Origin: a virus
IMG/VR virus record: IMGVR_UViG_3300037520_002383
Location: 18,925-82,924 of that record
Reading direction: 5' to 3' (one strand)
Length of the DNA stretch: 64,000 nt
The stretch's first letter is position 1; each line of letters starts with the position of its first letter. The notes beneath the pieces are model-generated. The model had not been told where the DNA came from, did not search any database, and was given only the letters and a program-made list of their open reading frames with translations. Of the stretch, positions 63,489-64,000 are shown piece by piece. Made by a program: the position numbers and the translations under genes.

Positions 63489-63491
63489 TTA

Positions 63492-63818
63492 CTATCCTTT
63501 GGTTGGTGTGATATCAGATTCGTCCTTCAGCTGCGTAGGCGTCGAGCGCGATCTGCACGGCGAGGCACAGCGCGTCGTCACCGACGGCGCGAGCGGCGTT
63601 GGCGTCGGCGGCGTCTCCTTCAAGTCGAGCACAAGCACTCCCGGCTCCGCTTCTTCGCTGTGGCGCTCGATGCCCCGGTTCACGTCGGCCACGGTGCAGC
63701 CGCAGCGCGGGCACTTGGCGACCTCGACGGGGTGCTCCAACTTCGTCTGCGCGATCCAAGCGGTGTAGAACTCATGGCCGACGACCATCGGCATCTGGCA
63801 TGGCAGGCACACGATCAT
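63492..63818 (-). CDS. zinc-ribbon protein with an out-of-frame 3' extension
   Basis: CLPC...CPRCG; tail reads through a remnant paralog. Confidence 0.55.
   Translation of the reverse strand: MIVCLPCQMPMVVGHEFYTAWIAQTKLEHPVEVAKCPRCGCTVADVNRGIERHSEEAEPGVLVLDLKETPPTPTPLAPSVTTRCASPCRSRSTPTQLKDESDITPTKG
63514..63615 (-). pseudogene. 3' remnant of a third Ala-tract paralog
   Basis: DAADANAARAVGDDALCLAVQIALDAYAAEGRI*. Confidence 0.6.
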
Positions 63819-64000
63819 GGCGTCCTTCCTTCGGCAGCGTAGGCATCGAGCGCGATCTGCACCGCAAGTCGCAGTACGTCGTCGGCGGCGTAGGCGTCGG
63901 AGGCGGCGGAGGCGGCGGCGGCGGCGGTCCTCGTGCCCTCTTGCTCGCATCGGATCGCCGCGGCCTCCAGCGCCGCACGGTGCTGCTCCTTGGAATGCAC
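63815..64000 (-). CDS. 3' end of a paralog of 19145-19846 (truncated by window edge)
   Basis: RCEQEGTRTAAAAASAASDAYAADDVLRLAVQIALDAYAAE. Confidence 0.8.
   Translation of the reverse strand: MHSKEQHRAALEAAAIRCEQEGTRTAAAAASAASDAYAADDVLRLAVQIALDAYAAEGRTP

Noticed and set aside
1-64000. tRNA/rRNA genes, integrase, transposase, capsid/terminase/portal
   Set aside because: No supporting motifs seen by eye in this window; tRNAscan-SE and HMM searches would confirm

Overview
This window is part of a large, GC-rich contractile-tailed (myovirus-type) phage genome. The PIN-PhoH protein resembles myxobacterial ones, which weakly suggests the host. There are two interleaved programmes. (1) + strand: dozens of small 'early' ORFs, driven by about 18 sigma70-type promoters (TTGAC-N16-18-TAGGCT-like). 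Most place the ATG 6-7 nt after the -10 box (leaderless), and many also supply the stop codon of the upstream gene. (2) - strand: virion genes (baseplate hub, tape measure, chaperones, tube, sheath, fibres, neck/adaptor), with transcription units preceded by an AATCTT motif, plus dNMP kinase and ThyX. The most striking feature is a cluster of head-region proteins (37-60 kb) punctuated by a recurring L-x-K-[S/A/T/N/M] linker. The linker separates enzyme-like modules: Nudix, papain-like, lysozyme/SLT-like, two GNATs, zincins, a HipA/PI3-4K-like kinase, a T3-type SAM-lyase-like domain and a degenerate mCpol palm domain. This suggests a protease-processed, virion-packaged arsenal of effector polyproteins. 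Also present are a gene apparently split by a terminator+promoter cassette and a variable (GCC)n paralog pair in inverted orientation. All family calls come from motif recognition by eye; no database searches were run. No tRNA, rRNA or CRISPR array was seen.
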